DNA from: an uncultured virus (IMG/VR IMGVR_UViG_3300046386_000047)
Lineage: Duplodnaviria > Heunggongvirae > Uroviricota > Caudoviricetes
DNA length: 64,000 bases
Strand: one strand, 5' to 3'
Virus record (IMG/VR): IMGVR_UViG_3300046386_000047
This document shows positions 1 to 9,719 of this stretch, piece after piece. The position numbers were made by a program, and so were the translations under genes. The first letter of the stretch is position 1. Every line of letters starts with the position of its first letter. A model generated the notes under the pieces. The model saw only the letters and a program-made list of their open reading frames with translations. It had not been told where the DNA came from and did not search any database.

Positions 1-501
1 GGTGGGGGGTTGTGCCGGGCGGGGCATCAAAACAAAAACGAGTGTCGCCAAAGGTTCCTGTGTTATTTTTACTAACTAATCAACTAATATATATATAGGC
101 CACTTTTGCAGGTTCTAACCGCCGTAAGTCGTTGATTTTAAAGGACTTTTTTGTCTCCCAAACTTACTCGCAACTTATCTTCATAGCACGAAAATCGGGA
201 CCCAGTGTTTATGCGGGTTTCCTTCTCTAAAATGGCTGGAAGCGGCTTGCAGAGCCATTTCTCAACCCGAAACCGCGTAACCATGCGGGTTGCGCATTAT
301 GGACGTAAGTTTCGTGTAAGCCATTTAGATAGTGTGGTTATTTCGTCGTTTTACGGGGCTGATTTGTCGTGGCCAGTATGTCTGTATCTTAATTCCATGG
401 GATTAGGTGGGCTTGGCTAACTTACACGCAGCTCGTCGTGCACTGGAGCGTGATAGTAGAGCCTGCAGGGCATGGGTGATAGTAGTGATAGTTCCGGGCG
501 C

Positions 502-526
502 AAAAAAGCCCCCGCAAGGGGGCTTT
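502..526 (-). terminator. Intrinsic terminator, possibly bidirectional
   Basis: AAAAAA-GCCCCC-GCAA-GGGGGC-TTT hairpin just downstream of the - strand ORF ending at 549. Confidence 0.8.
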
Positions 527-548
527 GCAAGGCCTTGCGGCCTTGGGG

Positions 549-1172
549 TCAGGCTGACGCTTTGCCCTTCACCACGCGGCCCGGCGCGGCCTTGTTGACG
601 CTATAGCCAAGTTCGATCATGCGGGCCACAATCTTTTGGTGAAAGATGGCATCTGACAAGTATGCGTCGAGGTTATCAAGCCAAGCTGAAAACCCGTCGA
701 TTTCGCCCATGTCGGGGGCTGGGTCTGCCTTGGGCATCTTGGCCGCTGGCTTGGCCTTGGGTGAGGTTTTACGGGCCGTACCAATGGCCTCCCTGACTTG
801 CTTGGCTGCGTCACGCATCGCGTGTTTTGGCATGCTGGCGGCTTCCGCCGCGGTCACGTGCACGTCAGCCTTTTTGCCGTCAACCATGGCCGTGACAGTC
901 ACGGGGGTTTGAGCGGCGGCGTGAAGCGTCAGCGCGTCAACAAAAAGGGCCTTGACGTTATGCCCTGCGGTGGCGAAGTCCGTAGCATATAAGCTGACGA
1001 CATCAGCGATGCGTTGGCCAATAGGGGTGGCTGGGTTGAGTTGCGCGGCGGCGGCTTTGCCTGCCTCTTTGCACAATTGCAGCATACTCGCAGCGGCTTT
1101 GCCCGCTTTTAGAATCAGGGCGGCGGTGGCGGTGTCACGGTGAGCGATGATGGGGGAGGTTGTGGCTGTCAT
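549..1172 (-). CDS. Hypothetical early-type protein, Ala/Lys-rich
   Basis: 207-aa ORF with a promoter upstream and a terminator downstream. Confidence 0.8.
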   Translation of the reverse strand: MTATTSPIIAHRDTATAALILKAGKAAASMLQLCKEAGKAAAAQLNPATPIGQRIADVVSLYATDFATAGHNVKALFVDALTLHAAAQTPVTVTAMVDGKKADVHVTAAEAASMPKHAMRDAAKQVREAIGTARKTSPKAKPAAKMPKADPAPDMGEIDGFSAWLDNLDAYLSDAIFHQKIVARMIELGYSVNKAAPGRVVKGKASA

Positions 1173-1234
1173 GGTTTGCTTTCAGTGGTAATCCCGGAAC
1201 CGCCGGGCCGTTATGGCTTCGTTGCCATGGGTCT

Positions 1235-1264
1235 ATTATAAGGGATAACTGGCGGGTATGTCCA
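1235..1264 (-). promoter_or_regulatory. Sigma70-like promoter for 549..1172
   Basis: TGGACA-N18-TATAAT on the - strand. Confidence 0.55.
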
Positions 1265-1509
1265 CAAGTTAATCCCATGGGACTGGCCACGCATGATAGT
1301 AGGCGAGGGCATGGCTGGCCTTGTAACTTAATTACATGGGGCGCGGAGGGTGAGGCGGCGCGGCAAGTGATGATAGTAGAGGGTACCCACCCCCTCCACC
1401 CGTCCATAGGCCCCCACCCACCCCCCTCTACATACTGTACCTCTTACAACAAGGTCTATTTTTTCATGTTCAACCAAATTATGGATATACCCGCAATTTA
1501 TTTTTAGTT

Positions 1510-1537
1510 TTGACTTTTCCCAGAGGTCTGGTATATT
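1510..1537 (+). promoter_or_regulatory. Sigma70-like promoter for the packaging operon
   Basis: TTGACT-N16-TATATT with a TGn extended -10. Confidence 0.5.
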
Positions 1538-1542
1538 TAGCT

Positions 1543-2130
1543 ATGCACAATTCTTTAAACGCCGACCAGTTTATCCGTGGCCTAGCGCTTTCCATCGCTA
1601 GAAATATTGTCGGCGCTATGCGTCCGGAGTCCGAAGTGCTTGCCCATGAGGGGCTAACAGCGCAGGAGTACGCTGAGATAAAGAAAAACCCGATGTTCCA
1701 GCGGTATGTGGACTCATACGCAGCCGACTTGCGGGAGAACGGCTACTCGTTTGCAGCGAAAAGCAAGTTGCTGGCTGAGGATTTGCTGCCAACTGCATAT
1801 CACATGGCGAGAGACCCAGACACTCCAGCAGCTACACGAGCCAAGTTGATTGAAGACTTGGTGGAGTGGGCTGATTTGAAGCCTAAGAAGACAGCAGACA
1901 CTTCGCAAGGCAACGGTTTCAGCATCGTTTTCAACATCCCCGGCGCTGTCACACAGATTACGGGGGTTGCCGCTGCAAATTCTGGTGCTAATGTCGTAGA
2001 TGTCACGGACGTTATGCAGATTCCAGAGATAGCAGCGCTTCCAGCGTTTGGAAAAAAGCGAGCGCCAACTAACATTTTGCTCGACGAGCCTGACAGCTAT
2101 GAGTACGCCGGAGAGGACTACTTAGGATGA
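1543..2130 (+). CDS. Putative terminase small subunit
   Basis: Position upstream of terL, helical protein; ATG at 1543 preferred to TTG at 1510. Confidence 0.55.
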   Translation: MHNSLNADQFIRGLALSIARNIVGAMRPESEVLAHEGLTAQEYAEIKKNPMFQRYVDSYAADLRENGYSFAAKSKLLAEDLLPTAYHMARDPDTPAATRAKLIEDLVEWADLKPKKTADTSQGNGFSIVFNIPGAVTQITGVAAANSGANVVDVTDVMQIPEIAALPAFGKKRAPTNILLDEPDSYEYAGEDYLG

Positions 2131-2768
2131 CCTCGATGCGTATACCAGACCCACTGCATATTCTGGCGAAGCCGGGTGTGTATATGATCCAGTGCAAACT
2201 AGACAAGCGAATGTATATAGGTTCGTCTGTGAATGTCCGAAAGCGACTGCAAAATCATGTGTCTTCGCTGAACAAAGGTACTCACCACTCCCCACATTTG
2301 CAGAGAGCTTGGAGTAAGTACGGTAAAGACATGTTTGAGCTTGTCGCGCTTGGATACTACGCCAAAGACCGAATTCGCGAAGAGGAACAAGTATGGCTAG
2401 ACGAAGCAAAATGCGCGTTTAATGGCAGTAGGTTGGCTACACGCCCTGAGCACACCCCCGAGGCTTTAGAGAAAATTAGCGCGGCGTGTAAAGCTGCATG
2501 GCAGCGGCCAGAGCACAGGGCTAAGATGATGCTACGGACTTACACGCCAACGCGGGCAGGGACCAAAGCTGACGACGAGCTTAAGGCAAGGCTAAAAGAA
2601 ATCCACAGAGCCAAACACAGAAACATCCAAGCATTTGGGAAACTATGGTCTATCAAGGAACTTGCCGAGGAATATGACGTGAAGTACACAATGCTTAAAG
2701 ATAGACTCCGCGCAGGCTGGGAACCTGAGCTGGCCGTGCAGCAACCCAAGCGCGAAGGGGGTCTGTAA
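2127..2768 (+). CDS. GIY-YIG homing endonuclease
   Basis: GVY...YIGSS...R motif, HHSPHLQRAWSKYG, C-terminal small HTH-like DNA-binding segment. Confidence 0.9.
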   Translation: MTSMRIPDPLHILAKPGVYMIQCKLDKRMYIGSSVNVRKRLQNHVSSLNKGTHHSPHLQRAWSKYGKDMFELVALGYYAKDRIREEEQVWLDEAKCAFNGSRLATRPEHTPEALEKISAACKAAWQRPEHRAKMMLRTYTPTRAGTKADDELKARLKEIHRAKHRNIQAFGKLWSIKELAEEYDVKYTMLKDRLRAGWEPELAVQQPKREGGL

Positions 2769-4207
2769 TGCAGTACACTCCAGTACCCTCTGTTGTTCCG
2801 TACTTGCTGAGCGATAAGTTCCAGTCATTTATTGTCGGACCGATTGGGTCGACCAAGACAACAGCGAGCATCATGAAGATTGCATTGGAGGCCAAAAAGA
2901 TGGCAGCGTGCAAGGATGGTATCCGCCGATCCCGTGTAGCCGTAGTGCGAAACACGCGCCAGATGCTGCTTGACTCGACTGTGAAAGACTTCCTGAACAT
3001 ATTTCCAGAGGGACAGGCTGGCGCATACATGCGCACAGAACTAAAGTTCATCCTGAAATTTGACGACGTAGAGGCGGAGATTCTATTCAGGGGCCTTGAT
3101 GATGCCAATGACGTGCGTCGTCTCTTGTCGCTGCAGCTGTCGTTTGCCATGGTGGACGAGGTGCGCGAGATCAACTCAGACGTGTTCGACGCGCTGACAG
3201 GCCGACTGGGTCGTTATCCCAACGGGATGCTTGTCCCACATAGACCAGAGTGGGGGGTCGATGAGAAAGGCAACCCAATTCAGGGCTGTGTGGACGACAA
3301 GGGCAACCAGATGAAGAAGGTCTGGGGCGCGACCAACCCGGCGGACGCAGATACGTTTTGGGAAAAACACCTAACAGACTTCGACCCAGAAAAAGTTCAT
3401 GTCACCATTCAACCGTCAGGGCGGTCACAAGACGCAGATTGGCTTAAGCACTTGCCGTCAAACTACTACGAAGACTTGATGGTCGGGAAGACCGACAGCT
3501 GGATTTCTGTGTATGTAGACGGCAAGTGGGGTGCATCCCTTGCAGGGCAGCCGGTGTTCCGTAGCTTCGACAGTTCGTACCACGTGGCGAGTAATCCGCT
3601 CAACCCCATTTTGAACGGGATGAGGCCTGTGCTGATCGGCATGGACTTCGGGTTGAACCCCAGCGCTGTGATTGGCCAGATAGACGCGCTTGGACGCTTG
3701 CTGGTGTTTCGCTCCCTCACGGCAGACGGCATGGGCTTGCTCCGGTTCCTGCGCACCATACTCAAACCAGAGCTGGCGCAGAGTTTTCCCAGCGCTCCCA
3801 TACTGGTCATCGGAGACCCAGCGGGAACAGCGCGGGCGCAGACGGACGAGAAGACCGTGTACGACATCCTCGAGCAAGAAGGACTGCTGGCCAAGCCCGC
3901 ATACACCAACAGCATCATCGCCCGGATCACGGCAGTCGAGCAGTTCCTCAACAGACAGGTGGACACAGGCCCCGGTATTCTCATCGACCCCAGCTGCAGG
4001 CCACTCATAAACGCGCTGCGGGGCAAGTACCGCTACAAAGTCAAGAACAACGGTGAGACGGACGACACGCCGGACAAAAATGAGGCATCACACATCGCCG
4101 ATGCCATGCAGTACCTGTGCCTGCACGCGGATGCGCAGCAGGGGGGTAGGATGTCCAGAAACAAGGCTCGGGCAATTGAGAGCGTGTCCATGGAAGCGTG
4201 GACTTAG
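2768..4207 (+). CDS. terL: Terminase large subunit
   Basis: Walker A GPIGSTKT, Walker B AMVDE, ATNP coupling motif, nuclease motifs GMDFG, GDPAG and HIADAMQY. Confidence 0.93.
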   Translation: MQYTPVPSVVPYLLSDKFQSFIVGPIGSTKTTASIMKIALEAKKMAACKDGIRRSRVAVVRNTRQMLLDSTVKDFLNIFPEGQAGAYMRTELKFILKFDDVEAEILFRGLDDANDVRRLLSLQLSFAMVDEVREINSDVFDALTGRLGRYPNGMLVPHRPEWGVDEKGNPIQGCVDDKGNQMKKVWGATNPADADTFWEKHLTDFDPEKVHVTIQPSGRSQDADWLKHLPSNYYEDLMVGKTDSWISVYVDGKWGASLAGQPVFRSFDSSYHVASNPLNPILNGMRPVLIGMDFGLNPSAVIGQIDALGRLLVFRSLTADGMGLLRFLRTILKPELAQSFPSAPILVIGDPAGTARAQTDEKTVYDILEQEGLLAKPAYTNSIIARITAVEQFLNRQVDTGPGILIDPSCRPLINALRGKYRYKVKNNGETDDTPDKNEASHIADAMQYLCLHADAQQGGRMSRNKARAIESVSMEAWT

Positions 4208-4281
4208 GGCTGCTATAGACAGAAACCCGTGGGGGTGTAGAATCCCGGCAGGACTACTCTACCACCCACACCTCCACGCAT

Positions 4282-6345
4282 ATGGCCGGACTCGTCGTAA
4301 TCAAATCGAATTCGCAGTTGGATGCGGAGGCCGCAGCGAAAGATTCTGCGAACGCCGCCATATTGCGACAGCAAATCCCAGTCCTCACCGGGCTGGCCAA
4401 ACACGTGCGCAATTGCTGGGAAGCGGCTCGAGATGCCAAGCAGCCCATCGAGCGCAAAATGCTAAAAGCCCTGCGCCAGCGCACGGGCGAGTACGAGCCA
4501 GAGAAACTCGCTGAGATTCGCAAATCAGGCGGCTCTGAGATCTTCATGATGCTTACAGAGACCAAGTGCCGTGGCGCTGAGTCTTGGCTGCGGGATATTT
4601 TGCTCGATGAGGGCATGATCCCATTCGACTTGAAGCCCACCCCCATGCCCGACGTGCCGCCTGACTATGAGCAAAAGGTCACAGCACTGGTAGGTGAGCA
4701 GGTCATCAAGGCGATCCAGAACAGCCAGCAGCTCAGCCCGCTCATGATGGAGACATTCAAGGAGCAGGCCCGCGAAGACATCCGCGTTGCGTTGATGGAG
4801 GACTCCGTCGACCGCGCAGAGCGCATGAAGCGCCAGATTCAGGATCAGTTTGCCGAAGGCGGCATGGTGGATGGCTTCAACGCGTTCATCAGTGACTTGT
4901 CGACGTACCCAGCAGCAATTTTGAAGGGCCCTACGGTCCGTCGCAGCCGCCAGTTAGAGTGGACACAGGCACCGGATGGCTCGTACAGCCCAACGGTTCA
5001 AGAGAAGTTAGTGCCTACTTACAGTCGCGTTGACCCCTACAGGTTCTATCCAGAGCCGGGCTTGACACGACTGGACGAGGGCTACGCCATCGAGCACCAT
5101 CGCCTGACGAAATCTGACTTGTCTGAGCTGATTGGTGTCCCGGGTTACGACGACGGCGCGATCCGTGCAGTACTTGACGAGGGCAGCAACAATGAGTGGA
5201 TGTGGTCCGCCGAGTTGATGAAGGCTGAGCTGGAGAACAAGTTCAACGTCTGGCGCTCGGATAGCAACAAGTTTGATGCGTTGGAGTTCTGGGGCCCCGT
5301 GAGTGGACAAGACTTGATCGACTGGGGCTTGAGCGCGGAAGAAGTGCCTGACACAGCCCGCATGTACGACGCTTGCGTTTGGCTGATCGGTCACTGGGTC
5401 ATCAAGGCCACACTGAACTACGACCCGCTGGGTGACAAACCATACCGGATGACATCGGCGGTCAAGCGCCCCGGCGCGTTGTGGGGTGTAAGCTACCCCG
5501 AGCTGATCGAGGACGTGCAAGCCATGTGTAACGCCGCTGCTCGCGCACTGGCAAATAACATGGGCCTTGCGTCTGGCCCACAGGTAGAAATTAGCGTCGA
5601 TCGACTGGCCGAGGGCGAGAAAGTCACACGCGTGTTCCCGTGGAAGGTGTGGCAGACTGTGTCTGACCCGATGGGTTCTGGCCAGCCAGCTGTGCGATTT
5701 AACCAGCCCGATGACCGCAGCGGCCCTCTGTTGGCAGTGTATGGGCAGTTTGCTCGCATGGCAGACGAGCAGTCGGGCATCCCGGCTTATGTCTACGGCG
5801 ATGGTCAGGTGGGTGGCGCAGGCCGCACAGCGTCTGGCTTGTCGATGCTCATGGGCTCCGCAGGCAAGGGCATCCGCCAGACCATCATGCACATTGACTT
5901 CGACGTGATCGGCCCACTGGTCGTAGCGCAATACAACTGGAACATGCAGTACATCGACGATGCATCGCTCAAGGGCGACTGTGAGATCATCCCACGCGGC
6001 GCGGTTACACTGGCCAACCGGGAGCAGCTCAACGTGCGCCGTGTCGAGTTCTTGCAGGCGACAGCCAATCCCATCGACTCGCAGATTGTGGGTCCAACAG
6101 GTCGCGCAGCCATCCTGCGGGAAGTGGCAAAGGGTTTGGCCATGCCAGTGGACGACATCGTGCCGACCAACGAGCAGATCGAGGTCAATCAAGAGATGCA
6201 ACGCCAGCAGCAGATGATGCAGCAGGCTGCGCAGCAGGCCCCCCAAGAGGTGGTGGTTCGCGAAACTGGCCCGGGTGGTACACCCATGGGCGGCGAAGGA
6301 GCCAACACAGTGTCCAATCAAATCACAGGTAACGGAGGCGCTTGA
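4282..6345 (+). CDS. Portal protein
   Basis: 687 aa directly after terL; podovirus portal-like features (VDPYRFYP, RTASGLSML, Gln-rich C-terminus). Confidence 0.88.
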   Translation: MAGLVVIKSNSQLDAEAAAKDSANAAILRQQIPVLTGLAKHVRNCWEAARDAKQPIERKMLKALRQRTGEYEPEKLAEIRKSGGSEIFMMLTETKCRGAESWLRDILLDEGMIPFDLKPTPMPDVPPDYEQKVTALVGEQVIKAIQNSQQLSPLMMETFKEQAREDIRVALMEDSVDRAERMKRQIQDQFAEGGMVDGFNAFISDLSTYPAAILKGPTVRRSRQLEWTQAPDGSYSPTVQEKLVPTYSRVDPYRFYPEPGLTRLDEGYAIEHHRLTKSDLSELIGVPGYDDGAIRAVLDEGSNNEWMWSAELMKAELENKFNVWRSDSNKFDALEFWGPVSGQDLIDWGLSAEEVPDTARMYDACVWLIGHWVIKATLNYDPLGDKPYRMTSAVKRPGALWGVSYPELIEDVQAMCNAAARALANNMGLASGPQVEISVDRLAEGEKVTRVFPWKVWQTVSDPMGSGQPAVRFNQPDDRSGPLLAVYGQFARMADEQSGIPAYVYGDGQVGGAGRTASGLSMLMGSAGKGIRQTIMHIDFDVIGPLVVAQYNWNMQYIDDASLKGDCEIIPRGAVTLANREQLNVRRVEFLQATANPIDSQIVGPTGRAAILREVAKGLAMPVDDIVPTNEQIEVNQEMQRQQQMMQQAAQQAPQEVVVRETGPGGTPMGGEGANTVSNQITGNGGA

Positions 6346-6764
6346 TGGCGTGCAGACCCGGACTTTGCGTCAGCTACAAAGCTGAGGCCCTACGCGGCGT
6401 TCATGGCGAAAACGACCGCTATATGATCGCTTTGTTCACAGACAAGGCAAAACTCGACGAGTTCACCACAGAGTACACCGCGTACGGCGAAGCAGCTGGG
6501 CCCGGATACACCGCTGGTGGCAAACAGCTCGACGGCTTTAGCGTCACCGAGGACGGCACGGCTGTTGTGATTTCGTTCACTGACGCCCACTGGGACCGCG
6601 TGTCTATCAGTAATGTTGTTGGTGGGCTGATCTACAATGCCTCCAAGCAAGGCAAAGCTCTTGGTGTTGTGGCACTCGAGCAGGCTACTTCGGCAACGAA
6701 CGGCGCATTTGACCTGTACTTCCCTCCGGCTACGGCCTCTGAGGGTCTGTTCGTAATCGACTGA
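6345..6764 (+). CDS. Putative virion structural protein
   Basis: Coupled to the portal stop; GYTAGG..L motif seen in phage structural proteins. Confidence 0.6.
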   Translation: MACRPGLCVSYKAEALRGVHGENDRYMIALFTDKAKLDEFTTEYTAYGEAAGPGYTAGGKQLDGFSVTEDGTAVVISFTDAHWDRVSISNVVGGLIYNASKQGKALGVVALEQATSATNGAFDLYFPPATASEGLFVID

Positions 6765-6774
6765 AGGAAACATC

Positions 6775-7140
6775 ATGGCTGTCAACTACACCACTGCTGT
6801 AAAAAACGCACGACTTGAAGCCGTTGTCACCCAGATCGGCGCTGGCGGAAAACTGGAGATTGGCACTGCTGGCATGGCCACTGTGTTGGCTACGTTCACA
6901 CTGGAGTCTGTTGCGGGCACTGCTTCTGGCGGTGTCCTGACGTTCTCGGGTTTCCCGAAACAAGATGCTGCTGACGCTACTGGCATTGCCGCCGCGGCTC
7001 GCATCCGCAAGAGTGACAACACAGACATCGTGACTGGCCTGACTGTTGGTATGTCAGCGTCTGACGTCATCTTGGACAACACCAATATCACGACCAACCA
7101 GACTGTCGTCATTCAGAGCGCTGCTATCACCCACGCGTGA
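6775..7140 (+). CDS. Putative virion structural protein
   Basis: AAGGA RBS; beta-rich small protein. Confidence 0.65.
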   Translation: MAVNYTTAVKNARLEAVVTQIGAGGKLEIGTAGMATVLATFTLESVAGTASGGVLTFSGFPKQDAADATGIAAAARIRKSDNTDIVTGLTVGMSASDVILDNTNITTNQTVVIQSAAITHA

Positions 7141-7165
7141 TCTTCAGCCTAACCGCGAGTAGGCT

Positions 7166-8380
7166 ATGGCTGTAGACGGACTCAACACAGGCTCCTTATC
7201 GGAGCAGCTTGTCGGTGCGCAGATCGTAGCCACTGCGGGGAATGGGTACGTCGCAGCTCAGCTCATAGCCACAGAGGGTGCAGACACATTTGCTGCTGTC
7301 GGCGACACAGTTATTTTTGGGGCGCTGAGTGTCTCGGAAGTCGGTAGCGACACGTTCGCAGGCACTGGTGATGTAGTCGTCACAGGGGCGCTGAGCGTTT
7401 CTGAGGTCGGTATTGATACCTTCTCTGGAGCAGGCACAGCCGTTGTGACTGGCGCGTTGGTTGTGTCAGAAGTTGGGCAAGATACTTTCTCTGGCGCTGG
7501 CACTGTCGAGGTATACGCAGTCTTCTCAGCAACCGAAGGCGCGAGCGACACAGCAACGGTGTCCGGCGCAGTGCAGATTTCTGGCACATTGGCGGCATCT
7601 GAGGACACTGACACGATCTACGCCCTTGGCAATGTGCTGGTTCAAGGGTATGAAAACGCTTCTGAAGGCGCTGACACCGGCGCGGGCACTGGCGCTGTGC
7701 TGGTCGACGGCAGCATGGCTGCCACAGATGAGGCGGATTCGTTCGCAGGCGCTGGCGTGGCTCGTGTATCTGGAGAGTTGGCTGTTTCGGAGTCTGGCCT
7801 CGACACCTTTGCGGCAAGCGGCGTTGTTATAGACACGGAGCAGAAACAAGAACGCAGACCACGTCGTTTGGCTGTGCGCGGCATTGTGGATGCGAAGGTG
7901 TTCTGCCGTGGTGGTACAGCCAAGACCAGCACGAACTCTCCAGTGCTGGTAGTCATCAACCCTGCGAACACCATTGTCGAGTATGACGGCTGGGCCCGCG
8001 TGTCTGGTGGCAGAGCCAAGACAACCGCGCAGTATGCTAGCTACGGGTGTGGTGGGTCGAGTGTGGCCAAACGCACACAAGCTGTTACAACTGTACACGT
8101 GGCAACGGCTGTCGGTGTGGCGGTCACTGCTGTTCTAGGTCGGGTGTCATACAAGCAGGCTCTGTCAGAGAACAGCACTGCGAAAGTGTACGGCGGGCGC
8201 AGCGTTGTGATGCTTGGCACCGTCGACGCGGGGGCCCAAAGCACGGCACGCCCACGCGGTAGCTTCAGTATCACAGACGCGCATTTCTGCGCTGCACGCG
8301 GAGAGCGCAAGCTCCCGCCAAGCCATATTGTGGCTATTGCCGCACACGGAAGATTACACAGGCGTGTTGACACGCGCTAA
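7166..8380 (+). CDS. Repeat-containing putative fibre or decoration protein
   Basis: About ten imperfect 21-22-aa repeats of the form GALxVSEVGxDTFxGxGxVxV. Confidence 0.65.
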   Translation: MAVDGLNTGSLSEQLVGAQIVATAGNGYVAAQLIATEGADTFAAVGDTVIFGALSVSEVGSDTFAGTGDVVVTGALSVSEVGIDTFSGAGTAVVTGALVVSEVGQDTFSGAGTVEVYAVFSATEGASDTATVSGAVQISGTLAASEDTDTIYALGNVLVQGYENASEGADTGAGTGAVLVDGSMAATDEADSFAGAGVARVSGELAVSESGLDTFAASGVVIDTEQKQERRPRRLAVRGIVDAKVFCRGGTAKTSTNSPVLVVINPANTIVEYDGWARVSGGRAKTTAQYASYGCGGSSVAKRTQAVTTVHVATAVGVAVTAVLGRVSYKQALSENSTAKVYGGRSVVMLGTVDAGAQSTARPRGSFSITDAHFCAARGERKLPPSHIVAIAAHGRLHRRVDTR

Positions 8381-8394
8381 CGATGATGTATAGT
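8367..8394 (+). promoter_or_regulatory. Sigma70-like promoter upstream of the scaffold and capsid genes
   Basis: TTGACA-N16-TATAGT. Confidence 0.5.
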
Positions 8395-8423
8395 GTGCAC
8401 TCACATACGAATGTGTTTTAACC

Positions 8424-8621
8424 ATGCGCTTTACCTTTTCAGTCGACGAGCAAACTCTGTGCAAACAGGTTGGCAAGCACTTCCCGGGTTTTATCGACCT
8501 GTTGGAACGCCTGCGCTCCGCCGAACTTGAGCAGATGGCGCAAGGTACCCCCGAGCACTTCAGCACCTTTAAAGGCCGGGTGCAGGCACTGACCGAAATT
8601 CGGCAGGTCATACGGTCTTGA
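8424..8621 (+). CDS. Small hypothetical protein of the head module
   Basis: 65-aa ORF preceding the scaffold gene. Confidence 0.7.
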   Translation: MRFTFSVDEQTLCKQVGKHFPGFIDLLERLRSAELEQMAQGTPEHFSTFKGRVQALTEIRQVIRS

Positions 8622-8647
8622 TTCCTTAGCAGAAAGCAAGGTACAAA

Positions 8648-9694
8648 ATGGCATTACCATCCCAACTCCAGAAGCAGATCGACGACGCGAAAGTCATCGC
8701 TGACCAGCTGTACACTCCGAAGGCAGAAACGCCAACGGACACCGCTGAACCCAGCGAACTAGCAGCAGTTGAGGCTCCCACAGAGACTCCAGCTACTGAG
8801 ACCCCAGCACCGGCGGCTCCTACTGCAGTTGCAACTCCTGTTGAATCATCGGCCACCTCGGCTGAGGATGAGAACGGACCTACCTACGCCCAACGCTGGC
8901 GCTCGCTGCAAGGCACATTCAACGCGCAAAAACGCTCTCTGGATGAAACCGCGCAACGACTGGCCAACATGGAGCAACTGGTCGCTCAAATGCAGGCTGC
9001 ACCCCAGCCCGCAGCGCAAAGCAGCCGCCCAGCTCACGTCACAGACAAAGACGTCTCCGAGTACGGTTCTGACATGGTTGAGTTCGCTCGCCGTGTTTCC
9101 CGCGAAGAGATGGCTCCTCTGGCGCAAGCTATGCAGACGCTGATCAGCCGCATCGACCAGCTGCAAGGCGTAGTGCCTGTTGTTCGCCAAGTTGCAGACA
9201 ATCAGGCCAAGACAGCTCACGAGAAATTCTATGAGCAGCTTGGTAGCCGCGTACCTGATTGGCAGAAGATCAATGAGCAGCCTCGTTTCCACGACTGGCT
9301 GTTGTCTGAAGACCCTCTCTCGGGCCTGCAGCGTCAAACTCTTCTGACCGATGCACATACGAATCTCAACCTTGAGCGTGTTGTGAACTTTTTTGAACAG
9401 TGGAAGCGCGAGGCTGGCGTTGCAAACGTCCCAGCAGCGAGCACAACCCCCACACCCCAGCAAGCGAGCAACGTCTCGAAGTTGGAGCGCCAGATCGCAC
9501 CCGGTCGCGCAAGCGCCGGATCGACTCCTCCAGCTGCGACAGCAAAGAAACAGTGGACTCGTACAGAGATCGCTAAGTTCTACGCTGACAAGATGAATGG
9601 CCGTTATAAGGGTCGTGAGGCAGAAGCCCGTACGTTGGAGAACGACATCTTTTTGGCCCAGCGCGAAGGACGAGTTGTCCAGAGCGCAGCTTAA
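8648..9694 (+). CDS. Capsid scaffolding protein
   Basis: Acidic Pro/Ala-rich and coiled-coil protein directly before the major capsid gene. Confidence 0.75.
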   Translation: MALPSQLQKQIDDAKVIADQLYTPKAETPTDTAEPSELAAVEAPTETPATETPAPAAPTAVATPVESSATSAEDENGPTYAQRWRSLQGTFNAQKRSLDETAQRLANMEQLVAQMQAAPQPAAQSSRPAHVTDKDVSEYGSDMVEFARRVSREEMAPLAQAMQTLISRIDQLQGVVPVVRQVADNQAKTAHEKFYEQLGSRVPDWQKINEQPRFHDWLLSEDPLSGLQRQTLLTDAHTNLNLERVVNFFEQWKREAGVANVPAASTTPTPQQASNVSKLERQIAPGRASAGSTPPAATAKKQWTRTEIAKFYADKMNGRYKGREAEARTLENDIFLAQREGRVVQSAA

Positions 9695-9719
9695 TCAACT
9701 TTTTGTTTTGGAGTAAGAC

